Assembly (NCBI GenBank): GCA_045863295.1 | Contig: BTWA01000005.1 | Location: forward strand, 1-64,000 | Source: Candidatus Hydrogenedentota bacterium | Lineage (GTDB): Bacteria > Hydrogenedentota > Hydrogenedentia > Hydrogenedentales > SLHB01 | Length of the DNA stretch: 64,000 nucleotides | Reading direction: 5' to 3' | Program-made: the position numbers and the translations under genes | Notes under the pieces: generated by a model | What the model saw: only the letters and a program-made list of their open reading frames with translations | What the model was told of the DNA's origin: nothing | Database searches by the model: none | Part shown: positions 45,999 to 56,456 of the stretch, piece after piece | How the letters are laid out: each line of letters begins with the position of its first letter | How positions within the stretch are numbered: position 1 is the stretch's first letter

Positions 45999-48900
45999 TT
46001 AGTCAAATGACAAATTCACCTTGGGAGGCTCCGGGCGGCCAAAGATTTCCAGTTCTTCTTCCGGGTTCATGATTCGCTGACGCGCCGGTTCGACTTCTTC
46101 AGGCGCTACCCAAACGCCGCTGAACAGGTAGCGCAGACCCCGTCGAATGTCATTGAGAATACCGAGCAGACACGGCACGAGCAACAAAGTAAGAAGTGTG
46201 GCAAAACCAACGCCCGCCGCCAGCGACAACGCCATGGGGACGAGAAACTGCGCCTGCACATCCTTTTCCATAATCATGGGGGCCAGTCCACCGACGGTTG
46301 TGACCGTGGTGAGAAAGATGGCGCGGAACCGGCGTGTGCCCGCATTGACGATGGATCGGAAGAACGAGGTGCCCTCGGAGATGTTAGTGTTTACACATTC
46401 TATGAACACGATCGCGTCGTTGACCACCACGCCTGCGAGCGCAACGATGCCAAACATACTCATAATGGTCAGCGGGTATCCCAGCAAAAAGTGTCCCCAC
46501 AACGCTCCTATAATTCCAAAAGGTACCGTCAGCATGATGATGAAGGGCTGGAGGTACGACCGGAAGATTGTGGCGATAATGACAAAGATGCCGGCCAGGG
46601 CCAACGGAAATCCCACATACAAGCTGCCCAGGGAATCGGCGGACTCTTTTGCTTCGCCTTGGAATTCCATTCGCACTCCAGGAAATTCCGACATGACCTC
46701 GCCAAACGCTCCGGGCTGGCCATTTGTTCCTTTTGTCAGCGCGTTGGTGATGATGGTCGCCGTGGTGACACTCGTATCCACGTCCGCGCTGACCGATACC
46801 CGGCGAAAGCCGTCCGTGCGGATGATGCTTGCGTAACCGGGACCATACGAGATGTCCGCGACAGACATCAGCGGCACTTCTGTGCCCATGGGAGTGCGGA
46901 TTCTAACGTTGGCCAGATCATCCACTTGACTTCGTTCTTCCGCCGTATAGCGGACTTTGACGCGGATATCGTCACGGCCCCGCTGTATGCGCAATGCCTC
47001 CTCGCCAAAGTACCCGGCATACACCTGGCTGGCCAAATCGTTTACGGTGATTCCCAGTGAGCGCGCTTCCGGCTTCAGACGCATCCGGAATTCATTTTTG
47101 CCCGGGCGAAAGTCCGTTTGCACCTGCAGCACGCCTTCGTACGACTGCAGCTTCTGTTTGAGCCGATCGGCGGCGCCCAGAATCTGTTCCATGTCGCGCC
47201 CTTGCACCCAAATCTCAATGGCGGCGCCAGGCGGGCCAGTTTCCATACCCGCAAACGTCAATGCGGTGATTCCGGGAATGACGCCCACTTCCTTCTCCCA
47301 AAGTACCATGAGATCCTTCGAATGCAGGTCGCGAAATTCCGACTGGACCAGCTTGGCCCGAACGGCCCCCAAGTGCTGGCCGGACGAAGTACGGTTGTCA
47401 AATTCCGCTGTGGCCATGCCGCTTCCCACCAGTGAGTAGCTGGACAAAACCACGGGGCTTCCATCTTTGGCCCGTACCTTGTCTTGAATTCGACTCAGTG
47501 CCGCTTCTACGTCCCGCACTGCCGCCTCAGTCACCTCATACGGCGTGCCATTGGGAAATTCCACGCTGGCGGTGATCTGATCGCCGTCAATGTCCGGAAA
47601 CAGTATGAACCTCAAGAATCCGCCCGCATTGAGACCTAGCGTGAGCAGGAAGACGGCTACGGCCATGCTGAACACGACGTAGCGCCACCGCAGGCACAAC
47701 CTCAGGAAGGGCGCATACATGTGTTCCACAAACCACTCCAGGCCGTTGGAGATGTTCAAGCGCATGGCGCGCAACCGGTGAATAACGGGATTTTCGTGGT
47801 GCGGCGGTCGATTGGGATCCGGAAGATTGTTGAGATGTGCTGGAAACATGATGATGCTTTCAACCAGCGAAATAAACAACGCAGCAATGACTGCAATGGG
47901 CAGTATTGCAATGAATTTTCCCATCACGCCGCCCACGAACATCAATGGAACGAATGCGACCATCGTAGTAGTGACAGCCGCGACCACAGGCATGCCAACT
48001 TCCATGGTCCCGTTTACTGCGGCGGCCAGTGGGCCATCGCCTTTCTTTCTGTGAACATAGATGGCTTCGCCAACCACGATTGCGTCGTCGACAATGATTC
48101 CCAGAACCATGATGAGCCCGAAAAGCGAAATCATGTTGATGGTCGCGCCCAGAAACCACATGATTGCGAGACCGCCCAGGAGTGAAATGGGAATGCCCAT
48201 CGATGCCCAGATGCTAAGACGCAAATCCAGAAACACCCAGAGCAAAATAAAGACCAGCGCCAGCCCCATCAGCCCATTGCGCAGCAACAAATCGATGCGC
48301 TGTTGGATCATGACGGACTGATCGTCCCAGATGCTGATGTCGAGGCCTTCCGGCAACGTACCCTGCTTCTCCGCCACCCATTGGCGCACGGCGGCCGCAA
48401 TGGCAATCGCGTCCTCCTCCTGGGTCTTTGACACCATGACCAAAACGCATGGTTCGCCGTTCATCGTGCCGCTTAATCGATCTTCGGTAAAGCCATCGTT
48501 GATCTTGGCCAGCTTGTCGAGCGTAATCGTCTCGCCGTTAGGCCGGCTCAGGATAATGATCTTCGAAAAGTCGGCGCCCGTGTAGTTGCGTCCGAGCGTA
48601 CGAAGGCGGATCTCTTCGCCTTTCGTGCGAATGGTGCCGCCGGCCAGATTCAGGCTATTCGCCCGGATGATGTTCGACACTTGATCGAACGTAAGGCCGT
48701 ATTGGCGGAGCTTCTCTTCGGAAATCTCAATGGTGATTTCATAATCGCGGGTGCCCGCCACGGATACCTGGGAAATATCCGGCAAGTTCAGCAATTCGTC
48801 CTTAATGTTTTCGCCCCACTCCTTGAGCTGACGTTCGTTCAAGGGGCCTGAAAGGGCCAGCGCCACGACTTCCCGCTTTAGCGTGACTTCCACAATAATG

Positions 48901-49277
48901 GGCTTTTCTGCGTCCACCGGAAACGTGCTGATTGCCTCGACGCGGGTGCGTACCTCGTCTTTGACCCACTCGACGTCATAACTCTCCTTGACTTCGATAT
49001 AGGTGAGACCCACGTTTTCCATGGAAACGGTGTCGTACTGCTTGATGCCTTCCAGACCTTCGATGGCCTCTTCGATCTTTCGGGAGATGGCTTCCTCTAC
49101 CTCTTCAGGATCCGCGCCGGGATAGAGGACGTTGATGGTGATGATATCGACGGAAAACTCCGGGAAGGCCTCGCGTACCATCAAGACCGAAGCCAGCAGG
49201 CCGGAAAAGATAATGGTCACCAACACAATATTGGCGAAGACGCGATTCCGGGCGAACGCCGCGATAATGGTTCTCAT
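45999..49277 (-). CDS. RND efflux permease (AcrB-like)
   Basis: GIIVDDAIVVGE, GVVVNDAIV, RFRAIFLTT; 1092 aa. Confidence 0.95.
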   Translation of the reverse strand: MRTIIAAFARNRVFANIVLVTIIFSGLLASVLMVREAFPEFSVDIITINVLYPGADPEEVEEAISRKIEEAIEGLEGIKQYDTVSMENVGLTYIEVKESYDVEWVKDEVRTRVEAISTFPVDAEKPIIVEVTLKREVVALALSGPLNERQLKEWGENIKDELLNLPDISQVSVAGTRDYEITIEISEEKLRQYGLTFDQVSNIIRANSLNLAGGTIRTKGEEIRLRTLGRNYTGADFSKIIILSRPNGETITLDKLAKINDGFTEDRLSGTMNGEPCVLVMVSKTQEEDAIAIAAAVRQWVAEKQGTLPEGLDISIWDDQSVMIQQRIDLLLRNGLMGLALVFILLWVFLDLRLSIWASMGIPISLLGGLAIMWFLGATINMISLFGLIMVLGIIVDDAIVVGEAIYVHRKKGDGPLAAAVNGTMEVGMPVVAAVTTTMVAFVPLMFVGGVMGKFIAILPIAVIAALFISLVESIIMFPAHLNNLPDPNRPPHHENPVIHRLRAMRLNISNGLEWFVEHMYAPFLRLCLRWRYVVFSMAVAVFLLTLGLNAGGFLRFILFPDIDGDQITASVEFPNGTPYEVTEAAVRDVEAALSRIQDKVRAKDGSPVVLSSYSLVGSGMATAEFDNRTSSGQHLGAVRAKLVQSEFRDLHSKDLMVLWEKEVGVIPGITALTFAGMETGPPGAAIEIWVQGRDMEQILGAADRLKQKLQSYEGVLQVQTDFRPGKNEFRMRLKPEARSLGITVNDLASQVYAGYFGEEALRIQRGRDDIRVKVRYTAEERSQVDDLANVRIRTPMGTEVPLMSVADISYGPGYASIIRTDGFRRVSVSADVDTSVTTATIITNALTKGTNGQPGAFGEVMSEFPGVRMEFQGEAKESADSLGSLYVGFPLALAGIFVIIATIFRSYLQPFIIMLTVPFGIIGALWGHFLLGYPLTIMSMFGIVALAGVVVNDAIVFIECVNTNISEGTSFFRSIVNAGTRRFRAIFLTTVTTVGGLAPMIMEKDVQAQFLVPMALSLAAGVGFATLLTLLLVPCLLGILNDIRRGLRYLFSGVWVAPEEVEPARQRIMNPEEELEIFGRPEPPKVNLSFD

Positions 49278-50596
49278 GAAGCCGGTACCGCTTCCGGTTC
49301 CGCCGGGGCAATTTCCAGCAGCGTATTCTCAAGTGGATTGACCAGGCGTGTTGTCACGACAATGGTTCCGGGTTCCAATCCCTCTTCCACGTAAGCTTTC
49401 TCGTCTTGTTTCCACGCCACCTTGACTGGTGTCGTCTTCAGGCGGTTGTTGACCGAACAGTAAACGGTGTTTTCGAAACTCACGGCCCAATCCGGCAACT
49501 CCACCACCCGGGCTAATGTCCGACCAGGAATGGATACTTCACAGAACATTCCGTCGACAAGGGGCAATCCGCCGTTTTTCGAGAAAGCCTCTTCACCCTC
49601 GACGCGCACCGCCACGGTCAGCGTCCGGGTCTGCGAATCGATCCGTTCAACGCGATCCAGCTTGCCGGTCCACTGGTGATTTTCCTTATCGGCAGTCCAC
49701 CGAACGGTGCATGGGACATCCTTGAGCTGATTGAACCACGCCAGGTTGTCGCCCGGCCTTTCATCGTTGAATGCGAGCCACTGGCGCGCCTCCGAACTGT
49801 CCAACGGCACAGAAATCTCCAGCACCTCGTCGTTCGCGATCGAAAGCACCGGCTGGCCCGGACTCACAAACTGTCCGACCACTACACGGAAGTCCTTGAT
49901 CCGCGCATTAAATGGGGCCTTGACCCGCGTACGATCCAGGTTGAGTTGAGCTATTTCCAATTGGGCCTTCGCCGCGGCAAGACTGCCTTCCGCTTCGCGG
50001 ATCTGCATCGGATACGTATCCACGGCCATCTGCATTCGCTGTTGCGCTTCAAGGGCCGTGTTCAATATTTGTTCCTGGGCTTCCACCCCGGAGAGACTGC
50101 CCACGTTGTCCTTGTTCAACAGGTCTCGCCGCCGGTCAAACTCGGCTTTGGCCAATTCCGCCGTGCGCTGCATGACCTCGAGTCGGCCCTTGTCGTTGTC
50201 AAATTGCACCTTGAGCCGCTCGATCGTACTGGTCAAGGTCTGTACCTGGGCTTCCGCCTGGCTGACATTTGCTTCGTACGTGCGGGGGTCGATCAAAAAC
50301 ATCGTTTCCCCCTTTGGGATGACACGGCCGACGTCAAGGTTTGGATGGACTTCAACGATATTTCCAGAGACTTCCGGAATGACGGAGACGACGTCAATGG
50401 CCTTTGCTTCCCCGGTCTGGCGAAGTATCACCTGAACGTCGCGAGGTTCAGCACGAATGCCCTCGACACGCAACGCGCGCTCGGCAGGGGCGGCTTCGGC
50501 GGGATCCTGACGCATCGCTCCGAGCCCGAGCATGGCCAATACGCCAAACGCGATAATGAACAGACTCAGCCCAATCGTAATGAACACTCTGCTCAT
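49274..50596 (-). CDS. RND periplasmic adaptor (membrane fusion protein)
   Basis: N-terminal TM, PEVSG, APFNA, coiled coil; ATGA overlaps on both sides. Confidence 0.93.
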   Translation of the reverse strand: MSRVFITIGLSLFIIAFGVLAMLGLGAMRQDPAEAAPAERALRVEGIRAEPRDVQVILRQTGEAKAIDVVSVIPEVSGNIVEVHPNLDVGRVIPKGETMFLIDPRTYEANVSQAEAQVQTLTSTIERLKVQFDNDKGRLEVMQRTAELAKAEFDRRRDLLNKDNVGSLSGVEAQEQILNTALEAQQRMQMAVDTYPMQIREAEGSLAAAKAQLEIAQLNLDRTRVKAPFNARIKDFRVVVGQFVSPGQPVLSIANDEVLEISVPLDSSEARQWLAFNDERPGDNLAWFNQLKDVPCTVRWTADKENHQWTGKLDRVERIDSQTRTLTVAVRVEGEEAFSKNGGLPLVDGMFCEVSIPGRTLARVVELPDWAVSFENTVYCSVNNRLKTTPVKVAWKQDEKAYVEEGLEPGTIVVTTRLVNPLENTLLEIAPAEPEAVPAS

Positions 50597-51108
50597 GAAC
50601 CGACTCCAGTGCGTTCCCGGCTGTCCGGGGCCAAGCGAGGTTGTTCGTCTTCGAGAATTTTTCCAATGCGGTCGTACACGGTGCACCACATCCGGGCGGT
50701 TTCAGGCCCTGCCTTTTCAAGCAAATCGACAATGAATTCCAGAATCAGGCTCTCCGTGGCATGAACCGCGTTATCGCCCATTTCCGTCAGTTGCACGACC
50801 ACTTCACGGCGATCCACCTGGCTCTGCTCGCGCGTTACCGCCCCAATATCCACCAGCCGGTCGACCATGGTCGAAGCCGAGGGCGCCGATACCTCAAGCG
50901 CCTCCGCCAAATCCTTGATGGTGACTTGCCCGCGATCGCGCACTGCCGCCAGCATGTTCAGTTGGGGAATGGTCAATTCCAGAGCGTCTTCCGAGCCCGA
51001 CCCGCAACAGCACGAGGCTCGATTCAGATTTCTGGACGTGATACGCGCCTTAATAAGGCGAATCGTTCGCAACAGGTCACGCGCCTGTTCTCGTACGTCG
51101 TTTTGCAC
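50593..51108 (-). CDS. MarR family transcriptional regulator
   Basis: LTIPQ, wHTH DLAEAL..SASTMVDRL, DRR wing. Confidence 0.93.
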   Translation of the reverse strand: MQNDVREQARDLLRTIRLIKARITSRNLNRASCCCGSGSEDALELTIPQLNMLAAVRDRGQVTIKDLAEALEVSAPSASTMVDRLVDIGAVTREQSQVDRREVVVQLTEMGDNAVHATESLILEFIVDLLEKAGPETARMWCTVYDRIGKILEDEQPRLAPDSRERTGVGS

Positions 51109-51145
51109 CAGTTGCAGCCTCTTCGATTAACGGTTAATGTATGCA

Positions 51146-51196
51146 TTATTTAGAAATGCTAACAATAACTCTATCGAATTATTCCGCTTTTGGCAA
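51146..51196 (-). promoter_or_regulatory. sigma70 promoter with downstream MarR-type operator
   Basis: Minus strand TTGCCA-N17-TAGAGT, then imperfect palindrome TTATTGTTAGCATTTCTAAATAA. Confidence 0.6.
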
Positions 51197-51555
51197 TAGC
51201 CATTTTGAGAGGAACAAGTGTCATGCCATATCCCCCTTTATTCATAAAACATTGCAAACAAATATGTTATGCAAATAAAGCTGCTTCTTCGCAGTGAGCC
51301 CAAATGGCGGTTTTCACCCAGTATTGCACGAATGGACCACTCCACTCGGGCCACGGCAGCGGCATAGGGCGATAGGTGCCGTCGGATTAGGCCGGCTGTG
51401 AATACACGGGTTGCCACGCACACGGTGCAAAGAAGCGCCGGATCGTGCGGGCTTTGCGCGCGCTGTTCGTTGTATGGCGTTTATTGGGCTCTACCGCACA
51501 GTGCACGTTGAAAAAGGTTGCAGTGGACACGCAATTCCCCTAGTTTGGTTCGGCC

Positions 51556-52539
51556 ATGATTACGGTCAAGCGCATACGCACCCTTCCGGAGAACTTTTCG
51601 GAATTTGTTCACGAGGTGGCCGAGGGGATCGGCGCGCTCTACGGCGCCTGTGCGGCCGATTCGTATCGTCGCAGCGCGGCGCGACAAATTCAGTTGGGGA
51701 TGCAGCATCTAGGCGTAGCCTTCTATGGGGCGTTCGATGGCATGGACGCGGCCGGCATGGCCACGACGGTGCTTCGCGGTTCCCACGGCTACGTGAGTTT
51801 TGTGCATGTGCTGGACCGATTTGCAGGCGGCGGTGTTGAAGCGATGCTCGTTCAATCCGCGGTAGACGACCTTCGCCGTGCGGGCGCAGTGGCCATCGTG
51901 GCGGAGAACATCGATTTCAGCCGGCTCGACCTCGAGGGCGTTTATGGGGACCTTCAGTTTGGGCGCGTTGATCGCCTCTTGATGAAGGCCCAGACGTCTG
52001 ACCTTGTGTCGGGGCTGACGCCGGGCCGGGGAAGTATCGCGTGCTTGGGCACGCAGTACGATGAAGTGGCCGAGGTCATCTATCAGGCCTACTTGAATCA
52101 TCCCGGCCGGGATCTGCATCCAGAAGTGCAGGAAATTGGAAGTACGCGCGAGTTCGTGCGGTTGGCTGCGATTGGCGCGTTTGGCGTGAGCGAGCCGTCG
52201 TATGTGCGGATTCTCCGGCAAGGTGGCCGGCCGGCGGCGGCCATCGTTGGCTGCGAAGCGGCGCCCGACACAGGGTTCGTGCTTCAGGTGGCGTGCGTGC
52301 CGGCGGCGCAGCGAAAGGGCATGGCCACGCGATTGCTTCGGGATTTGGCGCAGGAATTTGCCGGCAAGGGATTAGGCTCGGTGGTGCTTGGGGTTACCTT
52401 GTCGAATCCTGCTAAACTTTTGTATGAAAAACTGGGCTTTGGCACGTTGCGGCCGGTAACGGCCTATGTTTGGTGGGCGAGTCCCTCGGCCGATCGTCAG
52501 GCTGGTGCCGAACCGGCTCGTCTGCGGACTGGAGAATGA
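51556..52539 (+). CDS. Tandem GNAT family N-acetyltransferase
   Basis: QRKGMATRLL acetyl-CoA motif, NPAKLLYEKLGF. Confidence 0.88.
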   Translation: MITVKRIRTLPENFSEFVHEVAEGIGALYGACAADSYRRSAARQIQLGMQHLGVAFYGAFDGMDAAGMATTVLRGSHGYVSFVHVLDRFAGGGVEAMLVQSAVDDLRRAGAVAIVAENIDFSRLDLEGVYGDLQFGRVDRLLMKAQTSDLVSGLTPGRGSIACLGTQYDEVAEVIYQAYLNHPGRDLHPEVQEIGSTREFVRLAAIGAFGVSEPSYVRILRQGGRPAAAIVGCEAAPDTGFVLQVACVPAAQRKGMATRLLRDLAQEFAGKGLGSVVLGVTLSNPAKLLYEKLGFGTLRPVTAYVWWASPSADRQAGAEPARLRTGE

Positions 52540-53522
52540 TCATGCGAGTTTTTCCGGTGCGAGTACGCTTTATAGTCACAGGGGTGTTAAGTGCCTTGTC
52601 CATGATCGCCGTGGCGGAGAGCCCCGATCAATCTGCCTCCCAACCCAGGAATCTTATTCCAGAGGCGCTGTGGGATGCGTCGTTGTCGGAAAACGAAATA
52701 GTGACCCGGGTGCGCAATTTCGACATTCTGCAGAACGCGATGGCCGATTGGGACCAATCCATGTCGCGTCAGCTTGCCATGAAGGGACAGGCCGATCTGG
52801 CCGCCGATCGGGAAGCCATGATGCGGCGGCGATACGCGCAGATTGAGCGGGCGTGGCGCGAAGTGATCAACCGCTATCCGAATAATGCGCGCGCGGTCAA
52901 TTACTTCGGCGAAGTGATGTACGATCACGCGGGGGATCAAGTCGAAGGGCTACGCATGTGGAAGCTCGCGGAATCGCTGGACGGCAAACTGAGCGAACCG
53001 AAAAACAACCTGGCGTTGTATTACCTGGACAACGGCGACTATGAACAGGGTATTCGTTATCTTGACGCCGCGTTGAAGCTCGATCCGGACAATGCCGACT
53101 ATCTGTACAACGTGTCGCAGATCTACATGATTCACTGGCCGCAAGTGCAGGAAGTCAAGAAGTGGGACGAGGCACGGGTCTACAAGGAAGCCATGGAAGC
53201 ATCGAAAAAAGCGATGACCCTCAAGCCCCATGACTTCAGCCTGATCGAGGATCATGCGCTCAATTATTTCGCCGCGGAGCGGTTCAACATCACGCCGGAT
53301 TGGGCGGAGGCCGCGGGTATGTGGCAGACGGCCCGCAGCCTGGCGTACGAATCCGATCAAACGTTTAATTCGTGGCTGAACGAAGCCCGGTGTTGGATTC
53401 GCGCCAGCGAATTCGCCAAGGCAGAGTCCTGCCTGCAGGAAGCGGCCAAAATCATGCCGGACAGCGATGCCATTCGGGCGCTGCTGGAACGCGCACGCAG
53501 TGGCGGACAAACCCAGGGCTGA
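52536..53522 (+). CDS. Tetratricopeptide repeat protein, exported
   Basis: Signal-like N-terminus; TPR patterns (NNLALYY..AALKLDPDN). Confidence 0.85.
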   Translation: MIMRVFPVRVRFIVTGVLSALSMIAVAESPDQSASQPRNLIPEALWDASLSENEIVTRVRNFDILQNAMADWDQSMSRQLAMKGQADLAADREAMMRRRYAQIERAWREVINRYPNNARAVNYFGEVMYDHAGDQVEGLRMWKLAESLDGKLSEPKNNLALYYLDNGDYEQGIRYLDAALKLDPDNADYLYNVSQIYMIHWPQVQEVKKWDEARVYKEAMEASKKAMTLKPHDFSLIEDHALNYFAAERFNITPDWAEAAGMWQTARSLAYESDQTFNSWLNEARCWIRASEFAKAESCLQEAAKIMPDSDAIRALLERARSGGQTQG

Positions 53523-53540
53523 CCGGGAGGCGCAGATCAC

Positions 53541-54167
53541 GTGGCGACCGATGACCAAGGCATGCATTGGGGCCGGTTTACTTTTTATGTCGTCTTTATA
53601 CTCTTTGCAATTGGCGTCATTCTGGCTTTTGGCGTGGGCGGCCTGCGGCCTATCCAGATCACTCAGCACTCCATGCGGCCGGGATTTGAACCCGGCGATT
53701 TTATCTTCTCATTTCCGCAAGAGACCTATCACCGAGGCGATATCGTCATTCTCGATTCACCGACCGGCAGCGGCGAGTTGCTGATCAAACGAATTGCCGG
53801 TGTGCCGGGCGATCGGTTGTTTGTCGATGCCGGCTGCCTCTTCATTAATGGCAAGTACGCGTCCGAACCGTACATACTCGAGCCCATGAGCTATTCGATC
53901 GAAGAGCTGACCGTCCCCGAAGGCGAGGTGTTCGTGCTTGGCGACAACCGCAATGAGAGCGAAGACAGCAGTCTGTGGCGCATCGACGCGACGACAGGCA
54001 TCGCCGAATTGATGGATTCCTACGATGCCTCGGGCGGGCAACCCGGCGTGTGGAAGCGGACTGTGCCGATTTCCAGCATTATTGGCAAGGCAAGTTACCG
54101 CTATTTGCCGTTTGACCGCATGGGCGCCATTCAATCGTTCCCCCTCACCAACGTGGATGGCGAGTGA
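53541..54167 (+). CDS. lepB: Signal peptidase I
   Basis: TM, SMRP (Ser), IKRI (Lys), LGDNRNESEDS, IIGKA. Confidence 0.93.
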   Translation: MATDDQGMHWGRFTFYVVFILFAIGVILAFGVGGLRPIQITQHSMRPGFEPGDFIFSFPQETYHRGDIVILDSPTGSGELLIKRIAGVPGDRLFVDAGCLFINGKYASEPYILEPMSYSIEELTVPEGEVFVLGDNRNESEDSSLWRIDATTGIAELMDSYDASGGQPGVWKRTVPISSIIGKASYRYLPFDRMGAIQSFPLTNVDGE

Positions 54168-54194
54168 CCCGCCGCATCCGCCGAAGGATTCGTC

Positions 54195-54689
54195 ATGGCC
54201 ATACCCGATCGATTGCAGGGATTGAAAGGCAGTTGGCAGGGATCCAAACGCGTCTGGTTCGAGCCCGGAGATCCCGTGTGCGAGTCCGACGTCACCTTCG
54301 TAGTTTCAACCGTTTCGCAAGGGCGCTTCCTGCACATGGCCTATCAGTGGAATTTCAACGGCGAACCGCAAGACGGCCTGATAATCCTGGGCGCGAAACT
54401 GACATCGGACAGTACGGGTCCTGTCACGCCTCTGGCGGTCTGGGCCGATTCCTGGCATATGGGGCACGACCTCATGGAATGCGCGGGCTTGCCGGCGGAA
54501 TCCGATGCGGTGGCGGTGCTGGGAGCCTACGGCGATCCGCAGGGCTCCCTGTTTGGCTGGCGTATTGAGTTTGCTCCGCGCGAGCGGGACAGCTTGAGAA
54601 TTGCGATGTTCAACATTCCCCCGCAGCAGACCGAAGTGCTTGCGGTAAAGATGGAACTTCGGCGATCGGCCGCCGTGACAGAGTCTTGA
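54195..54689 (+). CDS. DUF1579-like beta-barrel protein
   Basis: GSWQG, WADSWH, GWRI motifs. Confidence 0.7.
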   Translation: MAIPDRLQGLKGSWQGSKRVWFEPGDPVCESDVTFVVSTVSQGRFLHMAYQWNFNGEPQDGLIILGAKLTSDSTGPVTPLAVWADSWHMGHDLMECAGLPAESDAVAVLGAYGDPQGSLFGWRIEFAPRERDSLRIAMFNIPPQQTEVLAVKMELRRSAAVTES

Positions 54690-54752
54690 CCCAGCCCGCC
54701 ACGGTTTGTAGACTCACGGGTTGAAGCCAATCACAACTGGAGGGGATGTATC

Positions 54753-55304
54753 ATGCCTTCGGTGCTGATCCCGCTGGCGGAGGGATTCGAAGAACTGGAA
54801 GCCGTCACCATCATCGATTTGTTGCGCCGAGCGGACGTCGACGTGGTCACGGCAGGCCTGAAAAACGGTCCGGTGACAGGGTCCCGCAAGACAGTCCTGT
54901 CGCCGGATACGACGCTTGACGCCGCGTTGAAACGGAAATACGACATGGTGGCGTTGCCCGGCGGCCTACCGGGATCGGAACACTTGAAGAACGACGAGCG
55001 CATTCGCGATCTCGTGGTCGCAATGGCGGAACAAGGCAAGTACACCTGCGCCATCTGCGCGGCGCCGATGGTGCTGGCCGCCGCCGGATTGCTGGATGGA
55101 AAACGGGCGACCTGCTACCCCGGAGTTTTTGAGAATCTGAACATGCCGGATGTGAAATCCACCGGCGCCGCCGTCGAACGCGACGGAACCATTATTACAT
55201 CGCGCGGACCCGGCACGGCCATGGATTTCGCGCTCGCGCTGATTGAAGCGATCTGCGGCAAGGCGAAACGCGATACTGTTGAAAAAGGATTGGTGCGCAA
55301 CTGA
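54753..55304 (+). CDS. DJ-1/YajL/PfpI family glyoxalase III
   Basis: GFEELE, LPGG, AICAAP, TSRGPGT. Confidence 0.93.
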   Translation: MPSVLIPLAEGFEELEAVTIIDLLRRADVDVVTAGLKNGPVTGSRKTVLSPDTTLDAALKRKYDMVALPGGLPGSEHLKNDERIRDLVVAMAEQGKYTCAICAAPMVLAAAGLLDGKRATCYPGVFENLNMPDVKSTGAAVERDGTIITSRGPGTAMDFALALIEAICGKAKRDTVEKGLVRN

Positions 55305-55332
55305 CGCCCTACGAATCATACAGGAGCACGAC

Positions 55333-56187
55333 ATGTTTTTTTCGGGTATTTCGGACGAAGCGGGCCAATCGATCGACATACAGATCAAGGCGCACTTGGA
55401 TCTCGGATGGAAACATCTCGAGTTGCGCATGGTCGACGGCAAGAACATTACCGCCATCGACGACGCAAAATTCGACGAGGTGTGCGAAAAGACCGCCGCG
55501 GCCGGTTTGAGCGTGTCCTGTTTTGGCAGCGCGATCGCCAACTGGGCTCGGCCGATCACCTGCGATCCCCAGATCGACATCAGCGATCTCGCGGTTGCCA
55601 TTCCCAGAATGAAACGGCTCGGCACGCCGTTCATCCGTGTGATGAGCTATCCCAACGACCCCAAGAATCCCGTTGACGACACCACGTGGCGCAACGAAGC
55701 CATCAAGCGCATGAGAGTGTTCGCGAAGATGGCCGAAGACGGCGGCATCATGCTGTGCCACGAGAATTGCAGTGGCTGGGGCGGACTCAGCGCGGAAAAC
55801 AGCAACATCCTACTCGGCGAAGTGAACAGCCCCGCACTGAAGGTGGTGTTCGATACCGGCAATCCCGTCTCCTACGGGCAGGACGCGTGGGATTACTATC
55901 AGAAGGTCTTCAACGATATCGTCTATGTGCACATCAAAGACGCGAAAAAAGTGAACGGCGAAGACGTCTACACCTATTGCGGCGAAGGCGAAGGCTACGT
56001 GCGCGAAATCGTCGGCGACCTGCTGCAAAAAGGCTACGACGGCGGCTTCTCCATCGAGCCCCATCTCGCCGCCATCATCCATACCGGCGCGAGCACAGAC
56101 AACGCGGCCGCACTCTACGATTCGTATACCGAATACGGCCGCCGCCTGATGAAAATCGTCGAAGAAGTCAGCGTCTGCAAGAAGTAG
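55333..56187 (+). CDS. Sugar phosphate isomerase/epimerase (xylose isomerase-like TIM barrel)
   Basis: ISDE, HEN, FDTGN, HIKD, SIEPH; AGGAG RBS. Confidence 0.9.
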   Translation: MFFSGISDEAGQSIDIQIKAHLDLGWKHLELRMVDGKNITAIDDAKFDEVCEKTAAAGLSVSCFGSAIANWARPITCDPQIDISDLAVAIPRMKRLGTPFIRVMSYPNDPKNPVDDTTWRNEAIKRMRVFAKMAEDGGIMLCHENCSGWGGLSAENSNILLGEVNSPALKVVFDTGNPVSYGQDAWDYYQKVFNDIVYVHIKDAKKVNGEDVYTYCGEGEGYVREIVGDLLQKGYDGGFSIEPHLAAIIHTGASTDNAAALYDSYTEYGRRLMKIVEEVSVCKK

Positions 56188-56207
56188 AAGCGGCATCCTG
56201 CCGCTTC
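56184..56207 (+). repeat. GTAG-type REP hairpin supplying the upstream gene's stop codon
   Basis: GTAG-AAGCGGCA-TCC-TGCCGCTT-C. Confidence 0.75.
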
Positions 56208-56327
56208 CAAGCCCGCACGATGACCCCGCAATCATGACAGACCCCTTCCCGGCCGAGAATTAAGAGCCGGTAAGGGGTCTGACTCATTTGTAGAACCATG
56301 CTGTGCCGAAAACCAGGACGCGCCACG

Positions 56328-56350
56328 AAAGCGGCATCCTGCCGCTTTAC
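56328..56350. repeat. Second copy of AAGCGGCATCCTGCCGCTT REP hairpin
   Basis: AAAGCGGCATCCTGCCGCTTTAC, 19-bp identity to 56188-56206. Confidence 0.75.
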
Positions 56351-56456
56351 CTTCAATTCAACCTAGCTCGCTCCAAAACTTTGCCGTGTGGTAAAGTCAG
56401 TGCGCGTCGCAGAGGGTGAAGTCTTACGTCAATTCATCGCAGGGAGAGATCCGCGC